A stretch of DNA of 64,000 nucleotides from a virus: the IMG/VR virus record IMGVR_UViG_3300037132_000276, positions 28,606 to 92,605 of that record. One strand, 5' to 3'. The position numbers and the translations under genes were made by a program. Below are positions 37,835-47,930 of this stretch, in pieces; position 1 is the first letter of the stretch, and each line of letters opens with the position of its first letter. The notes beneath the pieces were generated by a model. It ran no database searches and had not been told where the DNA came from. It was given only the letters and a program-made list of their open reading frames with translations.

Positions 37835-39277
37835 TTACTTATACAAATCAGGTCTTTTGCTCTTTAATATTTCCTTATCAGTGTCACTAATCTGATTGGT
37901 GGTTTCAAACTTAATTACCGCATCTGTTGTGATTCCGCTATTCGTGTCTTTTGAAAGGTCAAGCAATGCCGCCGAGATCACACTTTTATTCAGCGCTTTC
38001 TTCCCCTTATCTTTGTTGTTGTCTGCAACATCAATATTATGCAAATCGAAGGATTTGGCATTTCGCGCATTAGCCTTAACCGCAAGATTGGCAACTATTG
38101 CAGTTGATTTTTCGAGCCCTGCGAGAGCATCGTTTGTGTCGGTCACCAGATTTGCAACGAACGAATCATTTTTACCCTGTTCGATAAGTGCTTCATTTGT
38201 AAGACTGAGCGATTTAGCAAGTAAATCTATTTTTTGATTTACCGCCGTGATCGATTTTGTAATACCGGTTAATACCGATGCTTGGGATTTGAAAAATAAT
38301 CCGAAGTCAGCCTCGTCTTTCTCGGCATCTTCAATTGTCTTTATTGATTTTTCCATCTTTTTGTTAGATGTTTCAACTGATTCGATGTCAAATTCAACCT
38401 TTGAAAGATCGGTCAATGTGGAAACGCTTTTTTCGAGCTTTGATTTTGACGATCCAAGAGATTTTTCAGCCTCGGCAAATTCTGTTTTTTTGGTTTCCCG
38501 TTTTTCATGCATGGTTTTGCCCGCTTTTTTCTTGGCTTCTTCAGCGGCTTCCTCATCGGTTTTTCCCGCAGCCTTGCATTCGGTAAAAGTTGACTTATAG
38601 ATATCTTCATATTGATTAAACATGTTACCTTCTCCTTTGTTTATTGAATGGTTGTGATTAAAGCCATCATTTATTTTGGTTTTTTTATCAAGACTTTCTT
38701 TTCTGAATGCGGCGAAACCCGTTTGTGTATCCGGCGACATGCCATATCCCATATCCAGACTTTTGATTAAGGTCGCAAGAGTATTGGTGTTTCTTGGTTT
38801 AGTGGTGAACACTACGTTTACCGCCCGAGCTTTTACTAATCCAGTTGCATCTTTCGCGAGATACTCCCCTTCGATGCTCCATCCCGCTTTCTGCGGTGTT
38901 CCTTTATGGCGCGAGTTAAAATCTTCAATATGCTGCAGGAGGCTGACCGTGGATTTTGCAAGTCTCTGTTGGATGGTTAGCTTCTCTTCCGGAAGATCCG
39001 GATCAAATGGGACTAGCTCACCTTCAAAATGATGGGCTTTACCACTTTTAAATAATTTTGTCGGGAAACCAATAATTGCATCCGGCCCTTTTACTTCATT
39101 GTGCTCATACTTTATTTTGCCAAAACCGCCGGTGAAATAACTCCAGTCAACACTTTTTACAATCTCGCCATCTGAATCCCTATCCTCTGTGGTGAGGATC
39201 CCGCCAACTCGATAAGGTTCATTTTTATTACCGGACTTTGCGAGGTATGCATCGGCAAAAAAACTGAAATTGGACAT
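37835..39277 (-). CDS. Prohead protease fused to scaffold-like coiled coil
   Basis: VGGILTTEDRDSDGE, IKYEH, GWSIEG, VVFTTKPRN; long KS-rich helical C-terminus. Confidence 0.85.
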   Translation of the reverse strand: MSNFSFFADAYLAKSGNKNEPYRVGGILTTEDRDSDGEIVKSVDWSYFTGGFGKIKYEHNEVKGPDAIIGFPTKLFKSGKAHHFEGELVPFDPDLPEEKLTIQQRLAKSTVSLLQHIEDFNSRHKGTPQKAGWSIEGEYLAKDATGLVKARAVNVVFTTKPRNTNTLATLIKSLDMGYGMSPDTQTGFAAFRKESLDKKTKINDGFNHNHSINKGEGNMFNQYEDIYKSTFTECKAAGKTDEEAAEEAKKKAGKTMHEKRETKKTEFAEAEKSLGSSKSKLEKSVSTLTDLSKVEFDIESVETSNKKMEKSIKTIEDAEKDEADFGLFFKSQASVLTGITKSITAVNQKIDLLAKSLSLTNEALIEQGKNDSFVANLVTDTNDALAGLEKSTAIVANLAVKANARNAKSFDLHNIDVADNNKDKGKKALNKSVISAALLDLSKDTNSGITTDAVIKFETTNQISDTDKEILKSKRPDLYK

Positions 39278-39325
39278 TTTTTCTTCTAATTGTTTTTTAC
39301 GAATGATAAATAATTATTTGGCGGG

Positions 39326-39350
39326 TGGCTTTTGGTGTGAAAAATGCAAA
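39326..39350 (-). promoter_or_regulatory. Late promoter / activator motif, copy 3
   Basis: TGGCTTTTGGTGTGAAAAATGCAAA plus the shared ACGAATGATAAATAA block; upstream of protease-capsid. Confidence 0.72.
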
Positions 39351-39360
39351 TTATATATAG

Positions 39361-39711
39361 TTACATGATTTTGTTAACAGATCGCTTTAGGGAATTACGT
39401 CTTTCTTCTTTTTTGCGCGGGATATAATAATCATGATAAAAATTATAAAAAGCGCGTTCCTTTATCGTCATCTCCTTTGCAAGTTGCAAAAAAACCTGGT
39501 GCAAAGGAACACCTGTAAAACGTTCACCCGATAGAATATTAAATAGGAGATTATCTTTTAGCTCTTTGGTGGGGAAATTCTTGAAACCGAGCTTGTTGGA
39601 AAATTGCCGGTGCATTCGGTAAACGGCAAATAGAGCGCGTTCGCCATATTCATTGACGAATTCATCGATGATCTTTATAAAAATTTCTCTTTCTGCTTCG
39701 TCTAACTTCAT
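39361..39711 (-). CDS. Putative Mor/C-like late transcriptional activator
   Basis: IIDEFVNEYG...NFPT dimerisation-like segment and C-terminal HTH LQLAKEMTIKERAFYNFY. Confidence 0.5.
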   Translation of the reverse strand: MKLDEAEREIFIKIIDEFVNEYGERALFAVYRMHRQFSNKLGFKNFPTKELKDNLLFNILSGERFTGVPLHQVFLQLAKEMTIKERAFYNFYHDYYIPRKKEERRNSLKRSVNKIM

Positions 39712-39771
39712 TTGTGAGTCGTCTTTAGTTTTTCGATTAACTCACATATAACCCTTTCTCCGAATATTATT

Positions 39772-40152
39772 CTAAACTATTTCTTCCGTTTGTATCGCAT
39801 TAATAAAAGAAGTTGGCTTTTCTTCAGATCCAAGAATTTTAACTTTGGTTTCTTTATTGAATTCTTCCAAAGATACACTTTTTGGATTCATGCGTCTTTC
39901 AATGCCCACAACCTTTACATCGCAACGTGGACAAATTACTTTTTCGCCACCTACTGGATAAACGGGATGCCCAAGTCTATCGCAAAGTGATGATTGTTGT
40001 TTTATCTGTTCTTCTGCTGCCATTTCAAAAATTCTTTTTGATAAATCGCTCATATAACCTCTTAATTTTATATAGCTATAAGTTTGTTTGTAAAATTTGC
40101 TAGTGCGAATCCGGGATAGTTGTTGTTTTGGTAACGTGGGATTAATAAACAT
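39772..40152 (-). CDS. Hypothetical Zn-finger protein (true start probably MSDLSK)
   Basis: CDRLGH...CPRC. Confidence 0.45.
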   Translation of the reverse strand: MFINPTLPKQQLSRIRTSKFYKQTYSYIKLRGYMSDLSKRIFEMAAEEQIKQQSSLCDRLGHPVYPVGGEKVICPRCDVKVVGIERRMNPKSVSLEEFNKETKVKILGSEEKPTSFINAIQTEEIV

Positions 40153-40511
40153 TTACGCAAATCTGCTAATTTTGTATAACCAAAACCTTTCTGCCCGGGT
40201 TTACCAACTCTGATTTCACTTTCCTTTTCTGATGTTTTTAAAATATATCCCGTGATTGGTTGGACGGCCACGTATTCAACGCCTGCAAGTTTAACGGTAT
40301 GGAATCCCACTTCATTGTTGAAGCGAACTCTTGGTTTTATTTCTATGCGTTTGTAATAAGATTTAACAATTTTATTAAATATTTTTTTATCATCTTCAGC
40401 CAGTTTCCATTCATATTTATCAACAAAACTTTTTGTTTTTAACTCTCCGATAAATCCCTTAACTGGTTTCCCGTCTTTGCCAATGGCTCTAATAATTTTT
40501 TGATTACTCAC
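40068..40511 (-). CDS. Hypothetical protein
   Basis: 147-aa ORF with GGAGG RBS. Confidence 0.6.
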   Translation of the reverse strand: MSNQKIIRAIGKDGKPVKGFIGELKTKSFVDKYEWKLAEDDKKIFNKIVKSYYKRIEIKPRVRFNNEVGFHTVKLAGVEYVAVQPITGYILKTSEKESEIRVGKPGQKGFGYTKLADLRKCLLIPRYQNNNYPGFALANFTNKLIAI

Positions 40512-40543
40512 TCAACCGCCTCCTTGACTTCTAAGTTAAATTT

Positions 40544-40996
40544 TTATTCTTCCTCTATTTCTCTTCCTGAATATTGGTCTTGATCAATGCTCTGATTTGG
40601 GACATAGACAAACTCTTCATTGTCGCCAAGTTCAATATAATGGACTTCATCGGGTATTTGTCTTGAATCAAATCTTTCCTGTTGATAGGCTAAGGCTGCC
40701 ATAAAATTTAACAGATCATCCTTAAAATCATATTCGGTTCTGACTTCTTCATTGAAATAATCGAAAGGGCCCGCTTGTCGTTCATACTCTGCTAATTGCT
40801 CGGGGGCGTATTTTTTCAAAACCAAATAAAGATTTTCCCAATATGGACCGGTCTGCTTATAAAAATTTCTTCCCTGGTCAACTTCCAAAAGATTCAACAA
40901 ATATAATTTTGTCCGGTCTTTTAGAAATGCAATTGGTGTTAATCCATCATTGTTTTCTTCAAAATTCTTTTGTAAATATTCTACATCGTATTTCAT
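40544..40996 (-). CDS. Hypothetical acidic protein
   Basis: 150-aa ORF with GAGG RBS, directly after the DarB-like gene. Confidence 0.6.
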   Translation of the reverse strand: MKYDVEYLQKNFEENNDGLTPIAFLKDRTKLYLLNLLEVDQGRNFYKQTGPYWENLYLVLKKYAPEQLAEYERQAGPFDYFNEEVRTEYDFKDDLLNFMAALAYQQERFDSRQIPDEVHYIELGDNEEFVYVPNQSIDQDQYSGREIEEE

Positions 40997-41022
40997 ATAA
41001 CCTCTTTTGAACTAATTATTAT

Positions 41023-44000
41023 TTATGCTGCTGATTCAAATTCAAGATCCTCGGATTCCGTGGTGGCATCACCTTTTGATTTTTGCTTTAGATATTTAAT
41101 TTTATTTTCCCAATTTTCACCGAAAAACCTTTCCGCTGCTTCCTCGGCTTTATCGGTCGATTTATGCGCATATTCAGATTGATAAAGATCAAAATCAGAA
41201 TCACTTGTTTTTACCGCCTTATCAACAATATTAAAATAATCCTGGGAATCCTGTGGCAGAACAATATCATATTTATGCCTTGTGGCAAAGTCAACATCCG
41301 TCCCAACATAGCTACCATCGGATTTGCGGGCAATTACCGAATGAGAGTATCCATCTTCCAAATTTCTAATTATTTGCTTCCTATAACGCTGACAGATTTC
41401 GTCAGGCAATGCTTCAATAACTTTAATATTTGAGGTCTTGTGGTCCATAATCAATTTCTTAAACATTGTCTCTGCATCTTCTTTTGAAGGGGTAATAAAA
41501 TTGTTATAGTTATTTTCGAATGATCTGATGTCGCCTTCCCTGGTTTTAACATCATAGCGATCGAATGATTTCATTGTGATCTTACCGGTGCTGTGAGAAT
41601 ATCCCGTTATAATAGATTGCTCGGATCCATAATTGACAACACTGCCAACTTTAATAACTGCATTATGCTTTGGCAAAATTATCGGTCTTGAATCTGCCGT
41701 TAATATATCTTTATGCTCAAAATCTTCGGAACTGTTTAACTCATTCTTTGTCCGGTCAATTTCTTCGGTTAGCGATTTATAAGCCAAGCTTTCTTTATCC
41801 TTCATCCTACCTAAACGGGTTTTCTGCGTGAATAGATCGTCAAGCTTGCTGTAATTTTCTTTAACCTTTCTCTCTTTCATTAATCTAACAAATGCCTCAT
41901 TTTTACGCTGCAGAAGTTTTCGCGCCTGTTCCGGATCCTCGGCAAGAGCTATCTGCATTTCATCTGCCGATACCCCACCCTCATCATTTTCCATAACATC
42001 TTCTTTACCGGTAAGTATTGCGTTTACAAACCCGCGTTTATCAAGGATCTTCTGGTTAAAAAATGCATCAATAGTGCCTTTGGTTAGATAATAAAAAGTG
42101 TTAACGCTATCTAATATATTACCCTGCCTGATAACGCGTCCGTTACCCTGGTCGATTGCCATGCCGTTCCAGGGTGGCTGCAAATGGTGGACTGCAGAGC
42201 CGCCAATATTAAAGTTTAACCCCTCGCCCATCGTCTCATAATTACCGATAACAACTTTATAACGGCCTGAATTAAAATCCTCGGAAGCTTTTAGCCGGGC
42301 ATCTGAAGACTTTACAGTGCCGCCATTTACGATTAATATTTCGTCGGGCTTTATGCCCGCGGTAATTAACTGATCCTTAAGTTTATTGTGTAAAGTGATA
42401 TTCGTTGCAAAAATTAGCTGCTTTTCCCCATCTTTATATTTTGTAATGGTCCTGTTTAATAATTCTTGAACTTTTGGAGTCGCTGCATAGTCCATGCCTT
42501 CTGGTATTGGATCCGCCCAGGGACTTTTCCTGTTAGAATACCATTCTAAATCAGCGGTTGCTTTTTTCATATCATCTAAAATATTAAAATAATAATCAAC
42601 CGGATCTGCATCTCCTTTTGCTAGATAAGAAAGTTGTTTTACTTTTTGCTTATGCACTTCTCCATACACTTTCAGCTCTTCCTTTTCCTTCTCGGTAATA
42701 AATCCGTCCTTGACTAGTGTGTCAAGATCCTGGCTCTTAAACTCATGCTGCAATAAGCGAAGCTTCAAGCCCTTCATAATTTGTTTTTGATCTTTACTCG
42801 CTTCACAAAAAATAACATTCGGATTTTCTTTTGGAAAATGAACTATCGCCCCAACCATATCCGCCGTCTTATAGTCTGCATATTTGAAGAAAGTTTTTCT
42901 TAATAGATTAAGGTTCTTAAATTTAGTAAATACGTTTTTATTCGTAATCTTGGCGGCTGCGTCCATTGTCGGTACACCATCGACCTCTGCAAATTTCTTT
43001 ACAAAATCATCAATATTTTTTATACCCATTCGCTCAAATTCTTTCTCGGCAATTGGCAGCAACATATTAAATACTTCCATTGGAGAATTGCTTATAGGCG
43101 TAGCGGTCATACCGTAGACGCCCTTATCGTTATTCTCATTCCTAATGATCTTGCTCTTAAAATAAAAATCCATCGCTCGTTGGGAATGTTTTACGTTTAG
43201 GTATTTTATGTCGCTGTAAAGAACGCTCTCTATTAAATTTTTGTTCGAATGACATTCGTCGGCAATTATCATGTCAAGACCAAGATTTTCAAAATATATT
43301 TCATCAGTCTTGGCAATTTTTCCAAATTTATCCCGTTTAATATTTCCCAAAAATTCATTTGCTAATTTGAATTTGATTGCTTCACGTTTCTTCTCCGCCT
43401 TCTTATCGCTTTCGTCACCGGTAGCAACATAGAACTTACCCACAAGTTCTTCAATCATGTTCTCTACCGTTTTTGGTGACATCCGTATATCATTATAAAA
43501 GTCCCGGGTCATGACAATAAAATCAAAATCTTCGTTTATAATCCTGCTTAATTTTACTTTCTTTTCATTAGCATCATCATCAACCCATTGCTCGCGTCCT
43601 TTAGTGTCAAGAACCGGTGCACCGTTTTTATCTTCTTTCCTATGGCTGCCGACAATCAATGTTTTAGTATCTGCCTTAAACCATTTCTTGATTTCAGCAT
43701 TCCAATTGCCCGCAACTGATTTTGGTACAATATAGGTTGGTTTTTTACAGCGGCCGGTTTCCTTTGAAAGCGCACCAAGTAGCAATGCCTCTATTGTCTT
43801 GCCAAGTCCTACGCCGTGGGCTACAAGTCCTTTCCCTTGTTCGTACATACGTCGAACGCCGGCATAACAATAACTTTTTATCTGATCTCTAACCTTTATA
43901 GAATTGCCTTCTTTGTCGGTCGCAACAATTTTATCATAATCTAATTTGCCAAGTCCTTCAATTACACTGCCATCATAACTTTTTTGAATAAAATTATTAT

Positions 44001-47000
44001 ATTCTCTATTGTATTTATTTTCAATTTCATCACGATTAGCTGCGGTCTCAGATAAATAGGTCTTAAATCGTGTTTCAATTTCTTTTGCTCTTTTTTGAAC
44101 GTCAACCGGCGCACTGCCAACGCTGAATCCGTTAAGAATATCAAGCATAACCATGCTGATATGGTTCTTCTCTCCTCGGAAATGATCATGTACTCCATAT
44201 TCATAATTCTTTTTTTCTTCTTTGTCCAGTGCTCCTTTGGCGATGTGCATTGTGTAAACGTCGTTTAATGCGCGGTTCTCAAAGGTAAATAATTTTCGTT
44301 TATCGTTATAAATTATTTCTCCCTTAAATGAATCTCCAAGCTTTTCTTTTAGATAATCATTAACATAGTTAATACTAAAAAACCCAGCGGTACAATCGGA
44401 GATATCAACCGGCAAATTTTCCAGCGTTCTAATTTCCGCACGTCTTTTAAGCTCATAAAGTTGCTCGTCAAGCTTTTTGTTTTCTGCAACTAATACTTCT
44501 TTCTCTTCGTCGGTTAGCTTAGAATTTTGCAGATCTGCTTTGTTCTGTCCAATTCTATGTTCCCAATAATCAAGTTTGTTGTAAACTTCTCCGGAACAAA
44601 CTTCATTTATGGTATTGAATCCCCCATTTTCATCAATGAAAACATCTTCTTTACTAAACAATAATTTCTTAAACTCATTTAGGGTGTAATTTCCACCCTG
44701 ACTAAAACTTCCTTTTACCGATTCAGCTGAATTAGACAGGCCGTTATCTCTAAGCATTGAAATTACTTCAATCAAATCCGTATCATTATAAGTATTTACG
44801 TTTGATGATTTAGGATTATAAATATTAGAAAAGGCTTTTGGATCGGTGAAAAGCTTACTTAGGTTACCCTGGGCGTCAAAAGCACTTACCAGGTAAAGCA
44901 TGGGGTTATCCGGGGACTTGCCCATTTGGGCGTTTAACTTCACATCGCTTGATGGATGTCCATATCGGGACTTAAAGTCATCTAATAACATTGCAAGCTT
45001 TTGCGCTTCCCGCTGTGCATCTGCGGTAGAAACGGTTTCATAATCGAAAAATGTGCCATTTGTATTATTATACTGTTTCTCAATTCCGCGCTGCATTTTT
45101 GTCTGGAATTCTTTTATTGCCAGTCCTAATAAAGCGGCTCGTTTTAACATTTCACTTTTTTGTATATTTGATGATGTGTAGTATTCAAGTTCTCCCTCAA
45201 GTCCGATATCAAGTGCTTTTAACTGATCCCGAGAAAGTTCCAATTGAACCGATACATCATTTCTCAATTCCCTTAGTTCATAAATTGTTTTGATGCCAAG
45301 TAATTTCTGTAATTCTTCCGGAAGGTAAATTTCTTTTTCTGCCCCCGCTTCTAATCTTTCCCATCGATGATTTTCATTGAGTTTATACATTCTTCCGTTT
45401 CTGGTAATAACATCACCAACATGAAGCTCTCTTTCTTCCTGAACTTTTAGCCCGATATCTCCGAGTATTGAATAATCCGGCTCAAAATTCTTAATCAGAT
45501 CCCCGGTTTCTTCAAGTTCTTCTGACGTTAAATCGCCTTTCCAGAACTTCCTCCCCCATTGGCCGGTAGTCTCTTCGCCATGAACATATTCGGGATTTTT
45601 GGCAAAGAATGTTCCGTTTATAAATTCTGGATCCAGGATCATAGTGTCGTATAATTTTGAAAGATCATCACCTTCCAATTTGTTTAAGGATTCAATTACC
45701 GCTTCAGGTCGTTTTCTAAAAAACAAAATATCTGTGGTCACTTCTGCATTTGCTTTCTTAAAAACTCCGCTCGGCATTCTAATGGCGCCCAAAAAGTCCG
45801 CTTTCTTATTCAGCATCAATCTATAATCTTGAATCTGATTATCCATTATTCCGGTGGGTACTATTATAGATGCAAGTCCGTTTTCTGCCAAGTCATCAAT
45901 GGCTCTGTCAAGGAAATACATTTCATGCAGATGATATGCTTTAGCTTTCTCGGCATCAAGTGCTGCGGTCGCTCCTCGAGGTCCGAATGGAACGTTGCCA
46001 ATACAAGCCTTAAACTCTTTATCGAAGTTCTCTGTGTTAAACTTTTCAAATGGCATGTGGTAAACATCGTGCTCGGGGAATAAGATTGCGGCTATTCTTG
46101 AACTTGTTTCATCATATTCAACTCCGGTAATAAGTGCATTTTCAGGTGCTCCATGTAAGAATATTCCCGTGGCACAACTCGGTTCGAGTACCGGACCGCC
46201 CTTGAATCCAAGTTTTTCCAGCATGTCCCATTGGAATTTAGCAACCCAATCCGGAGTATAATATTCATTTAACGATATCTCATCAGTGCCGCCTTTGCCG
46301 CTATATTGGGCTAAAATCCGTTTATCTTCGGGTGTAAATTCATCATTTTTCTTTGAAGCTAATAATTCTTTTACTTTTCTATTAATCTCAATTCGTTGTT
46401 TTCTAATTTTAGAATCTAGGTGAGAAACCCCAAAGTTTTCAATAAGATTATCCTTATCCTTTTTTTCTGGTCGGGGTTTTTCGGAAGATGTAAAAAGATC
46501 TTCTATCGGTTCTGATTTTGGTTTTTCTTCTTTGCTTAAGCTATCCATTAATTTCTGACCGATAGCAATTCTCTTATCTGGGTCTGTTTCTGAATCTAAT
46601 TCATTTAGATAGTCCTTTAGTTTTATTCCTTTTGCAGTAGCTTGATCGTAAAGATATTTTTCGTTTAATCCTAAAGATTGCGCAAGCTCTCCGGCATCCA
46701 TAGCGTTTGTAGCTGGCAATGACTTTGCATTAGCAAAGCCGCCCTCTTTAGAAATAAGTTTTTTGGCTTCTGCAAACGTTGGCTTTTCTTTTTGCAGTGC
46801 TTCCCCTTTCGGCAATACCTCGGTTTCCTTTCCCGGTTTATCAAATAGATTTATGTCCTGTCCAAACATTTTCATTTTTGATTTTGGTGCGGATTCTGCC
46901 GGCTTGCCAACTTCGGCGGCTGCTTCGGGATCTTCTCTCTTGAAAAGTCTTCTTACGTTGGGGTTTTTCTTGCTTCTTTTTATTTCATAGACCTTACCGT

Positions 47001-47574
47001 CTTTAAGTCTTGTTTCACCTTCAACAATATCCTTTGGATTATCAAACATGCTCAACTGAGCGCCTAATGCTTTTATCAAAACTCCAAAACTTTTAATAAT
47101 CCCGGGTTTGTTTTTTGTTGCAAGCGCTTTTTTCTTAAACTCTTCAAAACTCATCGCGGTAATCTTTCCAAGATATTTATGACTGTCGTAATGGGCTAAA
47201 AATGCATCTCGCGCATAATCAAGACTGTCAAAACCCAATAATATTTTATCTTCGTCGAATTTGCCGTTTTCCGGATCTTCTTGGTGAATAATAAAAACTT
47301 TATCGCTCTCTTTAATTGGACCCAAATAAACGTCAAGCTCTTCGCCGTCTACGCCCATAGTCCCGCGAATAAAACCATAATCGTGAAAAATTTTGGTTTC
47401 CCATTCTTCGCCGTCATTATCAACTCCGCGCCTTATAGATCCCTTTTTGTTTTCAATGGTAATGTCCAGGCCTCGAAAAGAGGTTCTGCCCTGCGGCTTA
47501 AACGTTTCGTCTTTCTTAATTTTATCATCAAGATTTATCTGCTGACTTTTGCCAAAGAATTTAATAGCGGCCAT
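41023..47574 (-). CDS. DarB-like polyvalent protein: inorganic-pyrophosphatase-like domain, N6-adenine MTase, SNF2/SF2 helicase
   Basis: ITIENKKGSIRRG...DYGFIRGT.GVDGEELDVY..FDEDKILLGF; EYYTP, VLEPSCATGIF, IGNVPFG; AHGVGLGKT, ADECH, TATPISNS, GEGLN, QGNGRVIRQGN. Confidence 0.88.
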   Translation of the reverse strand: MAAIKFFGKSQQINLDDKIKKDETFKPQGRTSFRGLDITIENKKGSIRRGVDNDGEEWETKIFHDYGFIRGTMGVDGEELDVYLGPIKESDKVFIIHQEDPENGKFDEDKILLGFDSLDYARDAFLAHYDSHKYLGKITAMSFEEFKKKALATKNKPGIIKSFGVLIKALGAQLSMFDNPKDIVEGETRLKDGKVYEIKRSKKNPNVRRLFKREDPEAAAEVGKPAESAPKSKMKMFGQDINLFDKPGKETEVLPKGEALQKEKPTFAEAKKLISKEGGFANAKSLPATNAMDAGELAQSLGLNEKYLYDQATAKGIKLKDYLNELDSETDPDKRIAIGQKLMDSLSKEEKPKSEPIEDLFTSSEKPRPEKKDKDNLIENFGVSHLDSKIRKQRIEINRKVKELLASKKNDEFTPEDKRILAQYSGKGGTDEISLNEYYTPDWVAKFQWDMLEKLGFKGGPVLEPSCATGIFLHGAPENALITGVEYDETSSRIAAILFPEHDVYHMPFEKFNTENFDKEFKACIGNVPFGPRGATAALDAEKAKAYHLHEMYFLDRAIDDLAENGLASIIVPTGIMDNQIQDYRLMLNKKADFLGAIRMPSGVFKKANAEVTTDILFFRKRPEAVIESLNKLEGDDLSKLYDTMILDPEFINGTFFAKNPEYVHGEETTGQWGRKFWKGDLTSEELEETGDLIKNFEPDYSILGDIGLKVQEERELHVGDVITRNGRMYKLNENHRWERLEAGAEKEIYLPEELQKLLGIKTIYELRELRNDVSVQLELSRDQLKALDIGLEGELEYYTSSNIQKSEMLKRAALLGLAIKEFQTKMQRGIEKQYNNTNGTFFDYETVSTADAQREAQKLAMLLDDFKSRYGHPSSDVKLNAQMGKSPDNPMLYLVSAFDAQGNLSKLFTDPKAFSNIYNPKSSNVNTYNDTDLIEVISMLRDNGLSNSAESVKGSFSQGGNYTLNEFKKLLFSKEDVFIDENGGFNTINEVCSGEVYNKLDYWEHRIGQNKADLQNSKLTDEEKEVLVAENKKLDEQLYELKRRAEIRTLENLPVDISDCTAGFFSINYVNDYLKEKLGDSFKGEIIYNDKRKLFTFENRALNDVYTMHIAKGALDKEEKKNYEYGVHDHFRGEKNHISMVMLDILNGFSVGSAPVDVQKRAKEIETRFKTYLSETAANRDEIENKYNREYNNFIQKSYDGSVIEGLGKLDYDKIVATDKEGNSIKVRDQIKSYCYAGVRRMYEQGKGLVAHGVGLGKTIEALLLGALSKETGRCKKPTYIVPKSVAGNWNAEIKKWFKADTKTLIVGSHRKEDKNGAPVLDTKGREQWVDDDANEKKVKLSRIINEDFDFIVMTRDFYNDIRMSPKTVENMIEELVGKFYVATGDESDKKAEKKREAIKFKLANEFLGNIKRDKFGKIAKTDEIYFENLGLDMIIADECHSNKNLIESVLYSDIKYLNVKHSQRAMDFYFKSKIIRNENNDKGVYGMTATPISNSPMEVFNMLLPIAEKEFERMGIKNIDDFVKKFAEVDGVPTMDAAAKITNKNVFTKFKNLNLLRKTFFKYADYKTADMVGAIVHFPKENPNVIFCEASKDQKQIMKGLKLRLLQHEFKSQDLDTLVKDGFITEKEKEELKVYGEVHKQKVKQLSYLAKGDADPVDYYFNILDDMKKATADLEWYSNRKSPWADPIPEGMDYAATPKVQELLNRTITKYKDGEKQLIFATNITLHNKLKDQLITAGIKPDEILIVNGGTVKSSDARLKASEDFNSGRYKVVIGNYETMGEGLNFNIGGSAVHHLQPPWNGMAIDQGNGRVIRQGNILDSVNTFYYLTKGTIDAFFNQKILDKRGFVNAILTGKEDVMENDEGGVSADEMQIALAEDPEQARKLLQRKNEAFVRLMKERKVKENYSKLDDLFTQKTRLGRMKDKESLAYKSLTEEIDRTKNELNSSEDFEHKDILTADSRPIILPKHNAVIKVGSVVNYGSEQSIITGYSHSTGKITMKSFDRYDVKTREGDIRSFENNYNNFITPSKEDAETMFKKLIMDHKTSNIKVIEALPDEICQRYRKQIIRNLEDGYSHSVIARKSDGSYVGTDVDFATRHKYDIVLPQDSQDYFNIVDKAVKTSDSDFDLYQSEYAHKSTDKAEEAAERFFGENWENKIKYLKQKSKGDATTESEDLEFESAA

Positions 47575-47592
47575 TATTATCCTCTATGGGAT

Positions 47593-47811
47593 TTAATTAA
47601 AAAGTGTGTTTATGCTATCGATAGAATATTTTTGTAGTAATAAATAATGAACTTGATTTATTTCTACTTTTACGGCTTGTTCGTATTTGATTTGTGCGGT
47701 TTGTGCATGTCGGAGCATTAAAAGTTCTTCAAGCCATCTTTGATTTACCCTGATTAACGTATCACCAACAATTTTGAAGTGTTCTACAAGAATATCATTT
47801 TGATTTATCAT
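47593..47811 (-). CDS. Hypothetical protein
   Basis: 72-aa ORF filling the gap before the DarB-like gene. Confidence 0.4.
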   Translation of the reverse strand: MINQNDILVEHFKIVGDTLIRVNQRWLEELLMLRHAQTAQIKYEQAVKVEINQVHYLLLQKYSIDSINTLFN

Positions 47812-47881
47812 AACATATATAACCTTATTACTATCTAATATAATTATTTAATAAATAAAATTGAAATTTATTTTTGTGAAT

Positions 47882-47909
47882 ATAATGGGCGCGTCTCCAC
47901 GCCCATTAT
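47882..47909 (-). terminator. Hairpin terminator after the 434-aa gene
   Basis: ATAATGGGCG-loop-CGCCCATTAT. Confidence 0.6.
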
Positions 47910-47930
47910 TGAACGATTCTTATTAAATTA

